Assembly (NCBI GenBank): GCA_041389825.1
Contig: JAWKRC010000007.1
Coordinates: forward strand, 1-61,092
Length of the DNA stretch: 61,092 nucleotides
DNA from: Polyangiales bacterium
Lineage (GTDB): Bacteria > Myxococcota_A > Polyangia > Polyangiales > Ga0077539
Reading direction: 5' to 3'
Shown here: in pieces, positions 23,469 through 36,798 of the stretch
Position numbering within the stretch: position 1 is the first letter of the stretch
Layout: the number at the start of each line of letters is the position of its first letter
Notes under the pieces: model-generated
Databases searched by the model: none
Seen by the model: only the letters and a program-made list of their open reading frames with translations
Told to the model about the DNA's origin: nothing
Position numbers and translations under genes: made by a program

Positions 23469-24544
23469 CACGCCACCTCCGCCCGGGCCGCGACCTCGCT
23501 CACGGCGGTGCGCGGGTCCTGCTTCGTGGCGTCGAGCACGCGGCGCACGATGGCGGCGTAGTCCTCGGCGCCGTGGCTGTCGGGGGCGTACTCGAAGATG
23601 GTCTGCCGCGACGCAGGCGCCTCGCGGAGCTTCATGTTCGCGCGCACCGGCGGCAGGCACAGCTCGCCGAACTTCGACCGCAGCGTCTCGGTCACCTCGC
23701 GCCCGAGCTTGTGCCGCGCGTCGTAGAAGGTCGGCACCACCCCGAGGATGTGCACCGGGTGCTTGAGGTGCTCGTGCACGTTGCGGAGCGTGCGCACGCA
23801 CTGCTTCACCCCGACGAGCGCGAGGTAGTCGCACGACACCGGGATGATCACCGCGTCGGCGTAGCAGAGCGCGTTCTGGTTCAGGAGCGAGAGCGACGGG
23901 GAGCAGTCGAGCACCACGGTGTCGTAGCCGCCCGTGCCCGCCATGCGCTCGCGGAGCACCCGGTCGCGGTTGGGCCGCGCGGCGAGGTAGAGCTCCGCGG
24001 CGGCGAGCGACTCGTTCGAGGTCACGACGTGGAGGTTGTCGCGCACGGGCACGGCCACCTCGGCGGGGTCGGCCCCGAGCACGAGCACGTGGTAGAGCGA
24101 CTGCTCGCCGCGCACGCCGAGCGAGACGCCCACGTTGCCCTGCGGGTCGACGTCGACGAGCAGCACCTTGCGGCCCTTCTCGGCGAGGCCCGCGGCGATG
24201 TTGATGGCCGTGGTGGTCTTGCCCGTGCCGCCCTTGTGGTTGAAGACCGCGATGCGCTTGGGGGCCTGGGCGCGCGAGGGGGCGCGACCGAGCGAGTCTT
24301 TGCAGGCGTCGGAGCAGGCGTAGCGGCGGCCGCCGTCGCCGACGGTCACCTGCCAGGTGAACTCCAGGGCGAACTCGCGCGCGCAGCACGAGCAGCGCAC
24401 GGCGCCCTTGCGGCCCGCGAGGTGCGACTGCTGGCACCGCTGCGAGCAGAAGTAGTGCACCGCGTCGTCGTTCTCCTCGATCTGAAAGCGAAACCGCGGC
24501 TCGAAGCCCTTGCCGCAGACGCTGCACGTGCGCGCCGTTCCCAT
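23468..24544 (-). CDS. ParA/MinD-family ATPase with two N-terminal zinc-ribbon modules
   Basis: CSVCGKGF...YFCSQRC and CSCCAREF...YACSDAC, two Cys4 ribbons. Then the deviant Walker [26 protein letters not shown] and VVLDCSP, ParA hallmarks. Confidence 0.8.
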
Positions 24545-24663
24545 CGCGTAGCCTCTCCCTTTCGCGCGCGCGGCCGTCCTCCCACGTCCGTACGCGGGTC
24601 CGCATGCGCTTATGGAAGCCGCTTACGAGAGGTCTGGAGCTCCCGTAAAATTTTCGACAACGA

Positions 24664-28321
<3,658 letters not shown>

Positions 28322-28563
28322 CGCTCTCCCCGCGCGATAGCACGGCGCGTCAAACACCCTTCAATTCCAGGGCTCCCGCGAGGCCCCATGACAACGGTGT
28401 CGCAGTTGTGATTCCCGAAATCGGGTGATACGAAACGCGCGCATCGTCGGGTGCACCGTCCGGTGACAGTGCGCCCCCGGGAGCTTCTCTTTCCCGGGGG
28501 GTACGTACGCGGCTAGTGCGTGCTCCGCGGGCAGCTTCAACACCTCCAAGGAGTCGATCAACG

Positions 28564-29718
28564 ATGGACCGCAAGCTTCTTTCGATGGGCCTGATGGCGA
28601 TGGCGCTGGGTCTGGGCTGTGGCGACAGCGCCACCACGGGCAACGACGCGGGCACGCCCGACTCGGGCACCCCGGGCACCGACGGCGGCGGCACGACCGA
28701 CACGCCCTCGGTCCCCACCGACAACGGCATCGCGCCGATGACCTACGACTACGTCATCAACCGCCTCCTCGTCGACGAGGGGCAGGACCCGCCGGGCACC
28801 CGCGGCTTCTACGGCTTCAACCTCGACGATCGCTACTCGCGCTCGACGACGTCGCAGCAGATGCCCCTCGACTGCAACCACGGCGACTACTTCTCGACCA
28901 TCGACCCCGACCAGAACATGGGCACCTGCGCGGCGGGCACGTCGGGCGGCGGCTCGGGCTGCCAGGGCGGCGTCGACAACCAGCTCCCGGTCATCGCGCA
29001 GACCCTCCAGCAGTTCCAGGCCTCGCTCAACGTCCAGGCGCTCCTCGACGAGCAGACCTCGGGCGGCAGCCTGACCATCCTCGTCCGCGTCGAAGACGTG
29101 AACGGCACCCCGGGCCCGACGCTCAACGACCCGAGCGTGCGCGTGCTCGTCTACCCGAACGCCTGGGCGCTCTTCCCGAACTGCGCCGACATCAACAACC
29201 CCGGCCAGATGTACCAGGTCGACGACCGCTCGCTGAACACCCCCGGCGACCTCTCCTCGGCCAAGCTCCGCTTCGACGGCAGCATCGTGAACGGCCGCCT
29301 CATCATCACCCCGACCGCCGCGTCGTCGTCGATGCCGAACTTCTCCATCCCGCTCCCGATCCAGGGCGTGATGCTGAACCTCGACCTGTACCGCACGCAG
29401 CTCCGCGTCACGATGGGCGACGCTGACCGCGGCACCAACGGCAACCTGGGCGGCTTCGTCCTCCAGACCACCCTGCTGAACGCGCTCACCATGGTGCCGG
29501 CGCTCATGCCCTTCCGCGACGCCGCGGCGCCCCTCATCGAGGGCTTCGTCGACGTGGCCACCAACACCGGCGGCTCCGGCGCGTCGTGCATGAACCCCGA
29601 GGGCGGCATCGGCATGGGCCTCGGCTTCACCACCGTCCGCGCGAACATCTCCCCGATGTCGACCGCGACCCGCCCGGCCTCCGCCTGCGGCGCGCCCGCG
29701 GGCGACGGCGGCGCCTGA
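28564..29718 (+). CDS. lipoprotein of unknown function (Asn/Gln/Thr-rich, Arg-poor)
   Basis: MDRKLLSMGLMAMALGLGCGDS, a lipobox. AAGGAG RBS 9 nt upstream. 385 aa with no recognisable catalytic motif. Composition differs from the Arg/Ala-rich neighbours. Confidence 0.7.
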   Translation: MDRKLLSMGLMAMALGLGCGDSATTGNDAGTPDSGTPGTDGGGTTDTPSVPTDNGIAPMTYDYVINRLLVDEGQDPPGTRGFYGFNLDDRYSRSTTSQQMPLDCNHGDYFSTIDPDQNMGTCAAGTSGGGSGCQGGVDNQLPVIAQTLQQFQASLNVQALLDEQTSGGSLTILVRVEDVNGTPGPTLNDPSVRVLVYPNAWALFPNCADINNPGQMYQVDDRSLNTPGDLSSAKLRFDGSIVNGRLIITPTAASSSMPNFSIPLPIQGVMLNLDLYRTQLRVTMGDADRGTNGNLGGFVLQTTLLNALTMVPALMPFRDAAAPLIEGFVDVATNTGGSGASCMNPEGGIGMGLGFTTVRANISPMSTATRPASACGAPAGDGGA

Positions 29719-29833
29719 TCGCCTCCTCGCGCTGAGCGCGGCCCTCCGCCCCCTCGCCTCCCGTCTGTCCACTCCCCTTCAGCGCTGAGCTTCGTACCCC
29801 AACCCCTCGCGCGGTTGTGGTAGAGCGCCGGGC

Positions 29834-30833
29834 GTGTCTCACGGCGCCGCAGAGCTCCTCGCGCTGAGCCTGGTCATCCCGGTCTTCAACGAAGAAGAGT
29901 CGCTGCCCGCGCTCTTCGAGGCCCTCGACGCCGCGTGGCCCACGCTGCCGAAGCCGGCCGAGGCGGTGCTCGTCGACGACGGCTCGCGCGACCGCTCCTT
30001 CGCGCTCCTGCGTGAAGCCTCGGCGACGCGGCCCTGGCTCAAGGTGGTCTGCTCGAAGGAGCTCGGCCAGACCGCCGCCATCGCCGCGGGCATCGACCAC
30101 TCCCGCGGCGAGTCATCGTCGCCCTCGACGCCGACCTGCAGAACGACCCCAGCGACATCCCGCGCCTGCTCTGCGCCTCGACGACGGCTTCGACGTCGTC
30201 CTCGGGCGCGCCGCGACCGAAAGGACAAGGCCGTCACCCGCCGCGCGCCGAGCATGGTCGCCAACTGGCTCATCGGCCGCGTGTCGGGCGTCCGCATCCA
30301 CGACTACGGCTGCACCCTGAAGGCGTACCGGCGTTGGTGCTGGAGCCCTACGGGCTCTACGGCGAGATGCACCGCTTCATCCCGATCTACGCGAGCGCAC
30401 AGCTGGCGCGCGTCACCGGAGGAGATGGAGGTCACGCACCACCCCGCCGCGCGGGCGTGAGCAAGTACGGCCTCGGCCGCGTGTACAAGGTCCTCCTCGA
30501 CCTGCTCACGGTGACCTTCCTCGGGGGCTACTCCACCAAGCCGATCTATTTCTTCGGGCGCCCGCGATGGCCCTCTGCATCGGCGGCCTCGCCTCGGCGG
30601 CCATCTGGCTCGCGCAGTTCATCAAGGAGCACATCCTCGGCCGCCCCGGCGAGTGGGTGCAGCTCGTGACGCTGCTGCTCCTCGCGGTGTTCCTCTTCTC
30701 GCTCGGCGTGCAGTTCCTGTTGATGGGGCTGCTGGGCGAGATCCTCATCCGCACCTACCACGAGAGCCAGGGCAAGAAGACCTACCTCGTGGGCGAGACC
30801 ATCCACATCGACGCGCCCGCCGCGTCGCGCTGA
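29834..30833 (+). pseudogene. GT2 polyprenyl-phosphate glycosyltransferase (ArnC/GtrB-like), split over 3 frames by apparent frameshifts
   Basis: LSLVIPVFNEEESL...AVLVDDGSRD (29834 frame), ...YGEMHRFIPIYAS...SKYGLGRVYKVLLDLLTVTFLGGYSTKPIYFFG (30334 frame), and a C-terminal 2-TM region ...AIWLAQFIKEH...LLMGLLGEILIRTYHESQGKKTY (30567 frame). Confidence 0.6.
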
Positions 30834-30849
30834 GGGAGAGACCGTCACC

Positions 30850-32730
30850 GTGTGCGGCGTCGCAGGCGTGGTGCTCCCCGGCGGTGCGGTGCCCGACCCC
30901 GCGGTGGTGCGCGCGATGACCGACCGGCTCACGCACCGCGGCCCCGACGGCAGCGGCGTGACCGCGTGGCCCGGCTGCGCCTTCGGCCACCGACGTCCTC
31001 CATCGTCGACCTGAGCGAGGCCGCCGCGCAGCCCATGGTGTCGCAGGGCGAGTCGGCGATGCTCACCTTCAACGGCGAGGTCTACGACTTCGCCGCGCTG
31101 CGCGACCACCTCGAGTCGCAGGAGAGGTCTTCCGCTCGCACGGCGACACCGAGGTGTGCCTTCCACGCGCTGCGCCGCTGGCGCGGCCGCGTCTCGCGCG
31201 TGCACGGGATGTTCGCCTTCGGGTACTGGGACGCGACCGAGCGCGCGCTCCTCCTCGCGCGCGACCGCTTCGGCAAGAAGCCGCTCTACGTCGCCCTGCT
31301 CGGAGACTCCTGCGGGTCGAGCGGCGTCGCCTTCGCGAGCGAGCTGCAGCGCGCTCCTCGCGCACCCCGAGGTGTGGTCGAAGCGCGCGGTCGACCCCGC
31401 CGCGGTCGCGCAGTACCTCGTGCACGAGTTCGTGCCGCAGCCGCGCACGATCCTCGCGGGGGTCCGGCAGTCGGGCCGGAGCCGCTGCGCTGGAGCGAGC
31501 GCGACGGCCTCTCCCGCGAGCGCTCTACTGCCCCGCGTACGGCGCTCGCGCGCGCGCGAGCACGCCCGCGCTCGTCGAGGAGTTCACCGCGCGCGTCGAC
31601 GCCGCGGTGGCGCGACGTCCGTGGCCGACGTCCCGTGGGTGTTCTCTCGGGGGCCTCGACTCCAGCCTCGGACGGCGCTCGCGGTGCGGCACCACCCGCG
31701 CATCAAGACCTTCGCCATCGGCTTCGAAGACGCGAGCTTCGACGAGAGCGCGCACGCGAGCGCGGTCGCGCGGCACCTCGGCACCGAGCACCACACCGAG
31801 GTGCTCTCGCCCGACGCGATGCTCGACCTCCTCCCGTCGACCCTCGACTGGATGGACGAGCCCCACGCCGACAGCTCGATCCTGCCGACCACGCTCCTCG
31901 CGCGCCTCGCGCGGCGTCACGTCACCGTGGCCCTCGGCGGAGACGGCGGAGACGAGGTCCTCGCGGGCTACCCCACCTTCACGGTCGACCAGGCCCTGCG
32001 CGCCGTGCCCCCGTCGCCGCTCCTTTCCCGCGCGGTGGGCGCCCTCGCGCGCCTCGCGCCGAAGAGCGACGCGAATTTCTCCGCGGCCTTCAAGCTCCGT
32101 CAGACCGCGCTCGGCCTCGGCGACCGCGGCGCCGCGCGCCACGCCCGCTGGCTCTCGGCCGTCGACCCCTCGTCGCTGCCCGCGATGCTCTCCCCCGCGC
32201 TGCGCGACGGCGCCGCCCACGCGCTCGACGCGGCCCTCGCCGCCGAGGCCGGCACGCACAGCGCCTTCGACGCCGCGACGGCCTTCTACCTCGGCGTGTA
32301 CCTCTCCGAGGGCGTGCTGCAGAAGGTCGACCGCGCCACGATGCGCGTGTCGCTCGAGGCGCGCGCGCCGCTCCTCGACACCGCCGTGGTGGAGTTCTGC
32401 CTCTCGCTGCCCGAGTCGCTCCGCGTGCGGGGCGCGACCACCAAGCGCCTGATGCGCATGGCCCTCGCGCCGCTGGTGCCCCCGGCCATCGCGGCGCGGC
32501 CCAAGAAGGGCTTCGGCGCGCCGGTGGGCCAGTGGTTGCGTGGACCGCTGCGGCCGATGCTCCTCGACGCGCTCTCGCCCGAGCGGGTCGCGCGCGGCGG
32601 GTGGTTCGAGCCCGCGGCGGTGAGGGCCCTCCTCGACGAGCACCTCGCGGGTCGGGCCGACCACCGCAAATCGCTCTACGCGCTGCTGGTGCTGGAGCGC
32701 TGGCGCTCTCGCTGGCTGGAGGCGTCGTGA
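30850..32730 (+). pseudogene. asnB: asparagine synthetase (glutamine-hydrolysing) AsnB-like amidotransferase with many (at least 6) apparent frameshifts
   Basis: GTG-TGC start giving VCGVAGVV..., the Ntn Cys2. ...SIVDLSEAAAQPMVSQGESAMLTFNGEVYDFAALRDHLES. ...HGMFAFGYWDATERALLLARDRFGKKPLYVAL. ...KTFAIGFEDASFDESAHASAVARHLGTEHHTEVL. ...LGGDGGDEVLAGYPTF ... LLVLERWRSRWLEAS*. These segments sit in alternating frames. Confidence 0.6.
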
Positions 32731-33809
32731 CCTCGCGGCGACCCGCGGTGACGCTTCGCGAGGTCGGCGCGGTGGCGCTCGCGGCCCTCGCGCTGGGCGC
32801 GTCAGCCCTCGCGCTGCAGACGGTGCGAGACAAGGCCGACCCGCGGCGCGCGCTCGCGCGGCGCGTGCGGTCGAGCGCGACGCCGAGGGACCTCGCGGTC
32901 TTCACCGACGAGGCGCCCGACCTCGTGGCCCTGATGCGACCCGTGCCCGCGGTGTACGGGTCGCCGCCGCTGAACGACCTGCGCCCCTTCGAGCGGCTGT
33001 GGGTGATGGCCGACCGCCCCGCGGCGATGGCGCCGTACCTCGCGCGCTTCGGCCCTGGTCGCGCCGTCGACGCCGAGGGCAAGGTCTTCTCGTGGGAGCT
33101 CGCCCGCGCCAACCTCTCCCACGTCGTTTGGGACGCGGCCTCGGAGCTCGGTCGCACCGTGCAGGCCGCGCGCGACGGCGGCGAAGACGCGGGCCCCTGC
33201 CCCTTCGCCAACGGTCGTCTCGTCTGCCACGGCCCCGACTGGAACCAGCCCCGCGCCGAGGTGCACCGCTTCGACGGCGTCGAGGTGCGGTGCCTCTACT
33301 CCCACCCGCAGGCCGACGGCGCGCTGGTCTACACCATGGGGCCGATCCCCGCGGGGCGCGCGGTGGCGGGCGCCGTGGGCATCGACGACGCGGGCTTCTT
33401 CCCGACGGGGGCCGACGTGACGATGGCGGTGCGCTGGCAGCCCGAGGGCCACCCCGCGGTGGAGCGCACCGTGGTGGCGCGCAACCGCAAGGGCATGACC
33501 CCGTGGAGCCTCACCGCGCCGAGCGCGCCTGCGTCGGCCACCGTGCGGATCACCACGCCCAACGCCGGGGCGCGGCAGTTCTGCTTCACGCTCGTGGTGG
33601 ACCGAGCGCAGGCGCGGACGGGTGTTAGACGGAGCGATGACGAAGCCAGCTCCTCCTCGCCCGCGGAGCCTGCCCCTCGAGGTCGCCCGCATCATCGACG
33701 TGGCGCTTCCGCCGAGGACCTCGCCCGGGAGACGTCGCCTACACCCGCGCCGTGGTGCCCGAAGACGCCATGGCGCGCGGGCGCTTCGGCGCGAGGGAGC
33801 CTCTGGTGA
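32727..33809 (+). CDS. hypothetical membrane-anchored protein (single N-terminal TM), C-terminal extent uncertain
   Basis: The GTG overlaps the asnB stop (GTGA). VGAVALAALALGASALAL forms a TM helix, followed by a ~280-aa domain with good GC3. The last ~60 codons read through the nadC start and look off-frame, so the true stop may lie near 33620. Confidence 0.45.
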   Translation: MTSRRPAVTLREVGAVALAALALGASALALQTVRDKADPRRALARRVRSSATPRDLAVFTDEAPDLVALMRPVPAVYGSPPLNDLRPFERLWVMADRPAAMAPYLARFGPGRAVDAEGKVFSWELARANLSHVVWDAASELGRTVQAARDGGEDAGPCPFANGRLVCHGPDWNQPRAEVHRFDGVEVRCLYSHPQADGALVYTMGPIPAGRAVAGAVGIDDAGFFPTGADVTMAVRWQPEGHPAVERTVVARNRKGMTPWSLTAPSAPASATVRITTPNAGARQFCFTLVVDRAQARTGVRRSDDEASSSSPAEPAPRGRPHHRRGASAEDLARETSPTPAPWCPKTPWRAGASARGSLW

Positions 33810-34530
33810 TCGCGGGCCTCGGTGTCGCGGCGGCGGTCTTCGCGAGGGTCGAGCTGAGGGGTGCGCTTCACGGCGATCCTGCGCGACGACGCGGCTGACG
33901 CGGGCGCCACCGGTGGCCGAGGTCGAGGCCCCGCGCACGGGGTGCTCACGGGCGAGCGCACCGCGCTGAACCTCCTCCAACGGATGCGGCGTCGCGACGC
34001 GCACGCGCGATTTCGTGAGGGCCGTGCCCGAGGGGAGCGCCACGCGCGTGACCGACACGCGCAAGACCACGCCGGGCCTGCGCGCGCTGGAGCGCTACGC
34101 GGTGCGCATGGGCGGCGGGCACAACCACCGCAACGACCTCGGCGCCGCGGTGCTCATCAAGGACAACCACGTCGCCGTCTGCGGCGGGGTGCGCGCGGCC
34201 ATCGAGCGCGCGCGGGCGCACGCGCCGCACACGATGCGGGTGGAGTGCGAGGTGCAGTCCTTCGCGGAGCTCGACGAGGCGCTCGCGGTGGGCGTCGACG
34301 TGCTGATGCTCGACAATTTCGACGACGAGATGACCCGCGAGGCGATGCGGCGGGTGGCGAAGGCGGCGAAGCGGCCGGTGGTCGAGGCCTCGGGGAGCGT
34401 CTCGCTCGCGCGCATCAAGACCCTCGCGGAGCTCGGCGTCGACGTGATCTCGGTGGGCTCGCTCACCCACGGCTACCGCTCCATCGACATCGGCCTCGAC
34501 CTCGAGGTCACCGGCGCGTGGACGACCTGA
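33637..34530 (+). CDS. nadC: nicotinate-nucleotide pyrophosphorylase (carboxylating) NadC, with 2 apparent frameshifts in the N-terminal half
   Basis: MTKPAPPRPRSLPLEVARIIDVAL... (33622 frame) -> ...RFTAILRDDAADAGAT...VLTGERTALNLLQRM (33861 frame) -> ...VRAVPEGSATRVTDTRKTTPGLRALERYAVRMGGGHNHRNDLGAAVLIKDNH...SGSVSL (34015 frame, intact C-terminal half). Confidence 0.65.
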
Positions 34531-35285
34531 GGGCCTTCGCCAGCCCCGCGCGCGCGGTGGGCCACCCGACGGAGCGCGTCGCGCTCACGGGCTCGACCAA
34601 CGACGACGCCCGCGCCCGAGCCCGCGATGGCGTCGCGCACGGGTGGACCCTCGTCGCCGACGCGCAGACCGCGGGGCGGGGTCGCGCCGGGCGGCGGTGG
34701 GAGTCTCCGCCGGGGGCGAACCTCTACGTCTCCTTCGTGCTTCGCCCCTCGCTCACGCCGAGAGACGCGCCGCGCGTCGCGCTCGCCGCGGGCCTCGCGG
34801 TGGCCGACGCGGTGGACCGCGCGTTGGGTTCTCCGCGCGCGGCGGTGAAGTGGCCCAACGACGTGCGGGTCGACGGGCGAAAGGTCGCGGGCGTGCTGGT
34901 CGAAGGAGGGCTCCGCGGAGAGGCCCTCGCGTGGGTGGTGGTGGGCGTGGGCGTGAACGTGAAGGGAGAGGCCCCCGAGGCGGTGCGCGCGCTCGCGACG
35001 AGCGTCGAGGCCGCGCGGGGCGGAGAGGTCTCGCGCGCGGCCGTGCTCGCCGACCTGTGCCTCGCGATGGAGCGTCGGGTCGAGGCGCTGGAGTCGGGCT
35101 TCGACGCGACGCGCGCCGAGCTGCGGCGACGGTGCGAGACGCTCGGCCGCGCGGTCTCGCTCGCGGGCCACGAGGGCGTCGCCGACGACATCGACGACGA
35201 CGGCGCGCTGCTCGTGCGCGTGGCCTCGGGCGCCCTGGTCACGGTGCACGCGGGCGACGTGGAGCCAATGGGGAGCGCGCGGTGA
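34518..35285 (+). CDS. birA: biotin--[acetyl-CoA-carboxylase] ligase BirA (catalytic plus C-terminal domain, no HTH)
   Basis: ...RVALTGSTNDDARARA...LVADAQTAGRGRAGRRWESPPGANLYVSFVL...KWPNDVRVDGRKVAGVLVE. The GTG start overlaps the nadC 3' end. Confidence 0.75.
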   Translation: MDDLRAFASPARAVGHPTERVALTGSTNDDARARARDGVAHGWTLVADAQTAGRGRAGRRWESPPGANLYVSFVLRPSLTPRDAPRVALAAGLAVADAVDRALGSPRAAVKWPNDVRVDGRKVAGVLVEGGLRGEALAWVVVGVGVNVKGEAPEAVRALATSVEAARGGEVSRAAVLADLCLAMERRVEALESGFDATRAELRRRCETLGRAVSLAGHEGVADDIDDDGALLVRVASGALVTVHAGDVEPMGSAR

Positions 35286-35722
35286 GCGCCGCTCCGCAGC
35301 ACGACGGCTGGGAGCGCGCGGCCCGCGCGGTCTTCGAGGGCGCGCCCTTCGTCACGCACCTCGGGACGCGCCTCGACGCGCTGGCCCCAGGCCGCGTCGA
35401 CGCGAGCCTCGCGGTGGAGCCGCGGCACCTTCAGCAGTCGGGGGTCGTCCACGCGGGGGTGATGGCGACGCTCGCGGACCACGCCGCGGGCACGGCGGCG
35501 ATCACCCTCGCGCCCGCGGGCTACGGCGTGGTGTCGATCGAGTTCAAGGTGAACCTCCTGCGCGGCGCGACGGGCCCGCGACTGCGCTGCGTGGCCGAGG
35601 TGCTCCGACCGGGTCGGAGCGTCACCGTCGTCGAGGCGTGGGTCTACGACCAGCGCGACGGCCGCGAGGCCCTGGCGTCGAAGGCCACCGTCACCCTCGC
35701 GCTCATCGCCCCGTCGCCCTGA
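35282..35722 (+). CDS. PaaI/hotdog-fold acyl-CoA thioesterase family protein
   Basis: ...PFVTHLGTRLDALAPGRVDASLAVEPRHLQQSGVVHAGVMATLADHAAG...VVEAWVYD, the 4HBT/PaaI motif. The GTG overlaps the birA stop. Confidence 0.75.
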   Translation: MSAAPQHDGWERAARAVFEGAPFVTHLGTRLDALAPGRVDASLAVEPRHLQQSGVVHAGVMATLADHAAGTAAITLAPAGYGVVSIEFKVNLLRGATGPRLRCVAEVLRPGRSVTVVEAWVYDQRDGREALASKATVTLALIAPSP

Positions 35723-35767
35723 CGCGAGCGTTGCGCCCGCCGCAACGGGCGGTTCCGCGCGGCGCGC

Positions 35768-36745
35768 TTGCGAGGCCGCGCGCGGGTCGCCACCCTCCTC
35801 GACGATGAACGACCGCGACGACGGCTCCTCACGCGGCGCGGCGCGCTCGCCGTGCTCGGCGGCGCCGCGCTCTCAGCGCTGCCCGGGTGCACCGCCGACC
35901 GGCCGCGCCCTCGACATGAGGCCCGCACCATGAACACCGCCAACGCTCGGATGCCCGTCGTGTACCTCCCTCACGGCGGCGGCCCGTGGCCCTTCGTCGA
36001 CCTGCCGCTCGGCGACCCCGCGCAGCTCCGCTCGCTCGCCGACTACCTCCGCTCGCTGCGCGCGCTCCCGCCCACTGCCCCGCGCGCGGTGCTGATGGTC
36101 TCCGCGCACTGGGAGGAGCCCTCGCCCACGGTGATGACCGCGGCGCGGCCGCCGATGTTGTTCGACTACTACGGCTTTCCGCCCGAGGCGTACACGCTCA
36201 CCTGGCCCGCGCCGGGCGACCCCGCGCTCGCCGCGAGGGTGCGCGCGCTCCTGCAGGGCGCAGGCATCGCGACGGCCGAGTCGTCGGAGCGCGGCTACGA
36301 CCACGGCGCCTTCGTGCCGCTGAAGCTCACGTGGCCCGAGGCCGACGTGCCGACGATCCAGCTCTCGCTGCAAGAGGGCCTCGACCCCGCGCGGCACCTC
36401 GCCATCGGGCGTGCGCTCGCGCCGCTGCGCGACGAGGGCGTGTTCATCCTCGGGAGCGGGATGAGCTTTCACAACATGCGCGCCTTTCGCGGCGGAGGTT
36501 CAGTGAACGAGCCCTCGCGGAACTTCGACCGCTGGCTCGCCGAGACCGTCGCGATGCCTTCAGAGGAACGCGACGCCCGGCTCACGGCGTGGTCCGGCGC
36601 GCCGTCGGCGCGCTACGCGCACCCGCGCGAGGAGCACCTCCTCCCGCTCATGGTGGTCGCGGGCGCCGCGGGCGCCGACCGCGGGCGCACCGGGTGGTCG
36701 GGGGACGTCCTCTCCGCGCGCGTGTCGGGCTTTCACTTCGGCTGA
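35768..36745 (+). CDS. class III extradiol ring-cleavage dioxygenase (LigB/YgiD 4,5-DOPA-dioxygenase-like) with predicted twin-arginine signal
   Basis: N-terminal RRRLLTRRGALAVLGGAALSALPGC, then PVVYLPHGGGPWPF...VSAHWE...HEEHLLPLMV, the LigB-family His ligands. TTG/ATG start choice is uncertain. The internal MNTANARM start would give a cytoplasmic form. Confidence 0.75.
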   Translation: MRGRARVATLLDDERPRRRLLTRRGALAVLGGAALSALPGCTADRPRPRHEARTMNTANARMPVVYLPHGGGPWPFVDLPLGDPAQLRSLADYLRSLRALPPTAPRAVLMVSAHWEEPSPTVMTAARPPMLFDYYGFPPEAYTLTWPAPGDPALAARVRALLQGAGIATAESSERGYDHGAFVPLKLTWPEADVPTIQLSLQEGLDPARHLAIGRALAPLRDEGVFILGSGMSFHNMRAFRGGGSVNEPSRNFDRWLAETVAMPSEERDARLTAWSGAPSARYAHPREEHLLPLMVVAGAAGADRGRTGWSGDVLSARVSGFHFG

Positions 36746-36798
36746 GGCGTCAACCGCGGGGCGTTGACGTTCTCGCGCCGTGCCCGCTGCCGTAGCGC

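Noticed and set aside
28322-28563. Riboswitch in the dnaE/lipoprotein divergent leader
   Set aside because: Hairpins are present, but no recognisable consensus (glycine, c-di-GMP, SAM, cobalamin, ydaO) could be matched by inspection. Left as an unclassified structured leader.
34643-35722. First two thirds of ORF 34643..35722, ORF 34724..35482(-) and ORF 34473..35249(-), all overlapping birA
   Set aside because: Alternative-frame or antisense translations of the birA region with Arg-rich low complexity. Only the final 146 codons (hotdog thioesterase, from GTG 35282) are real.
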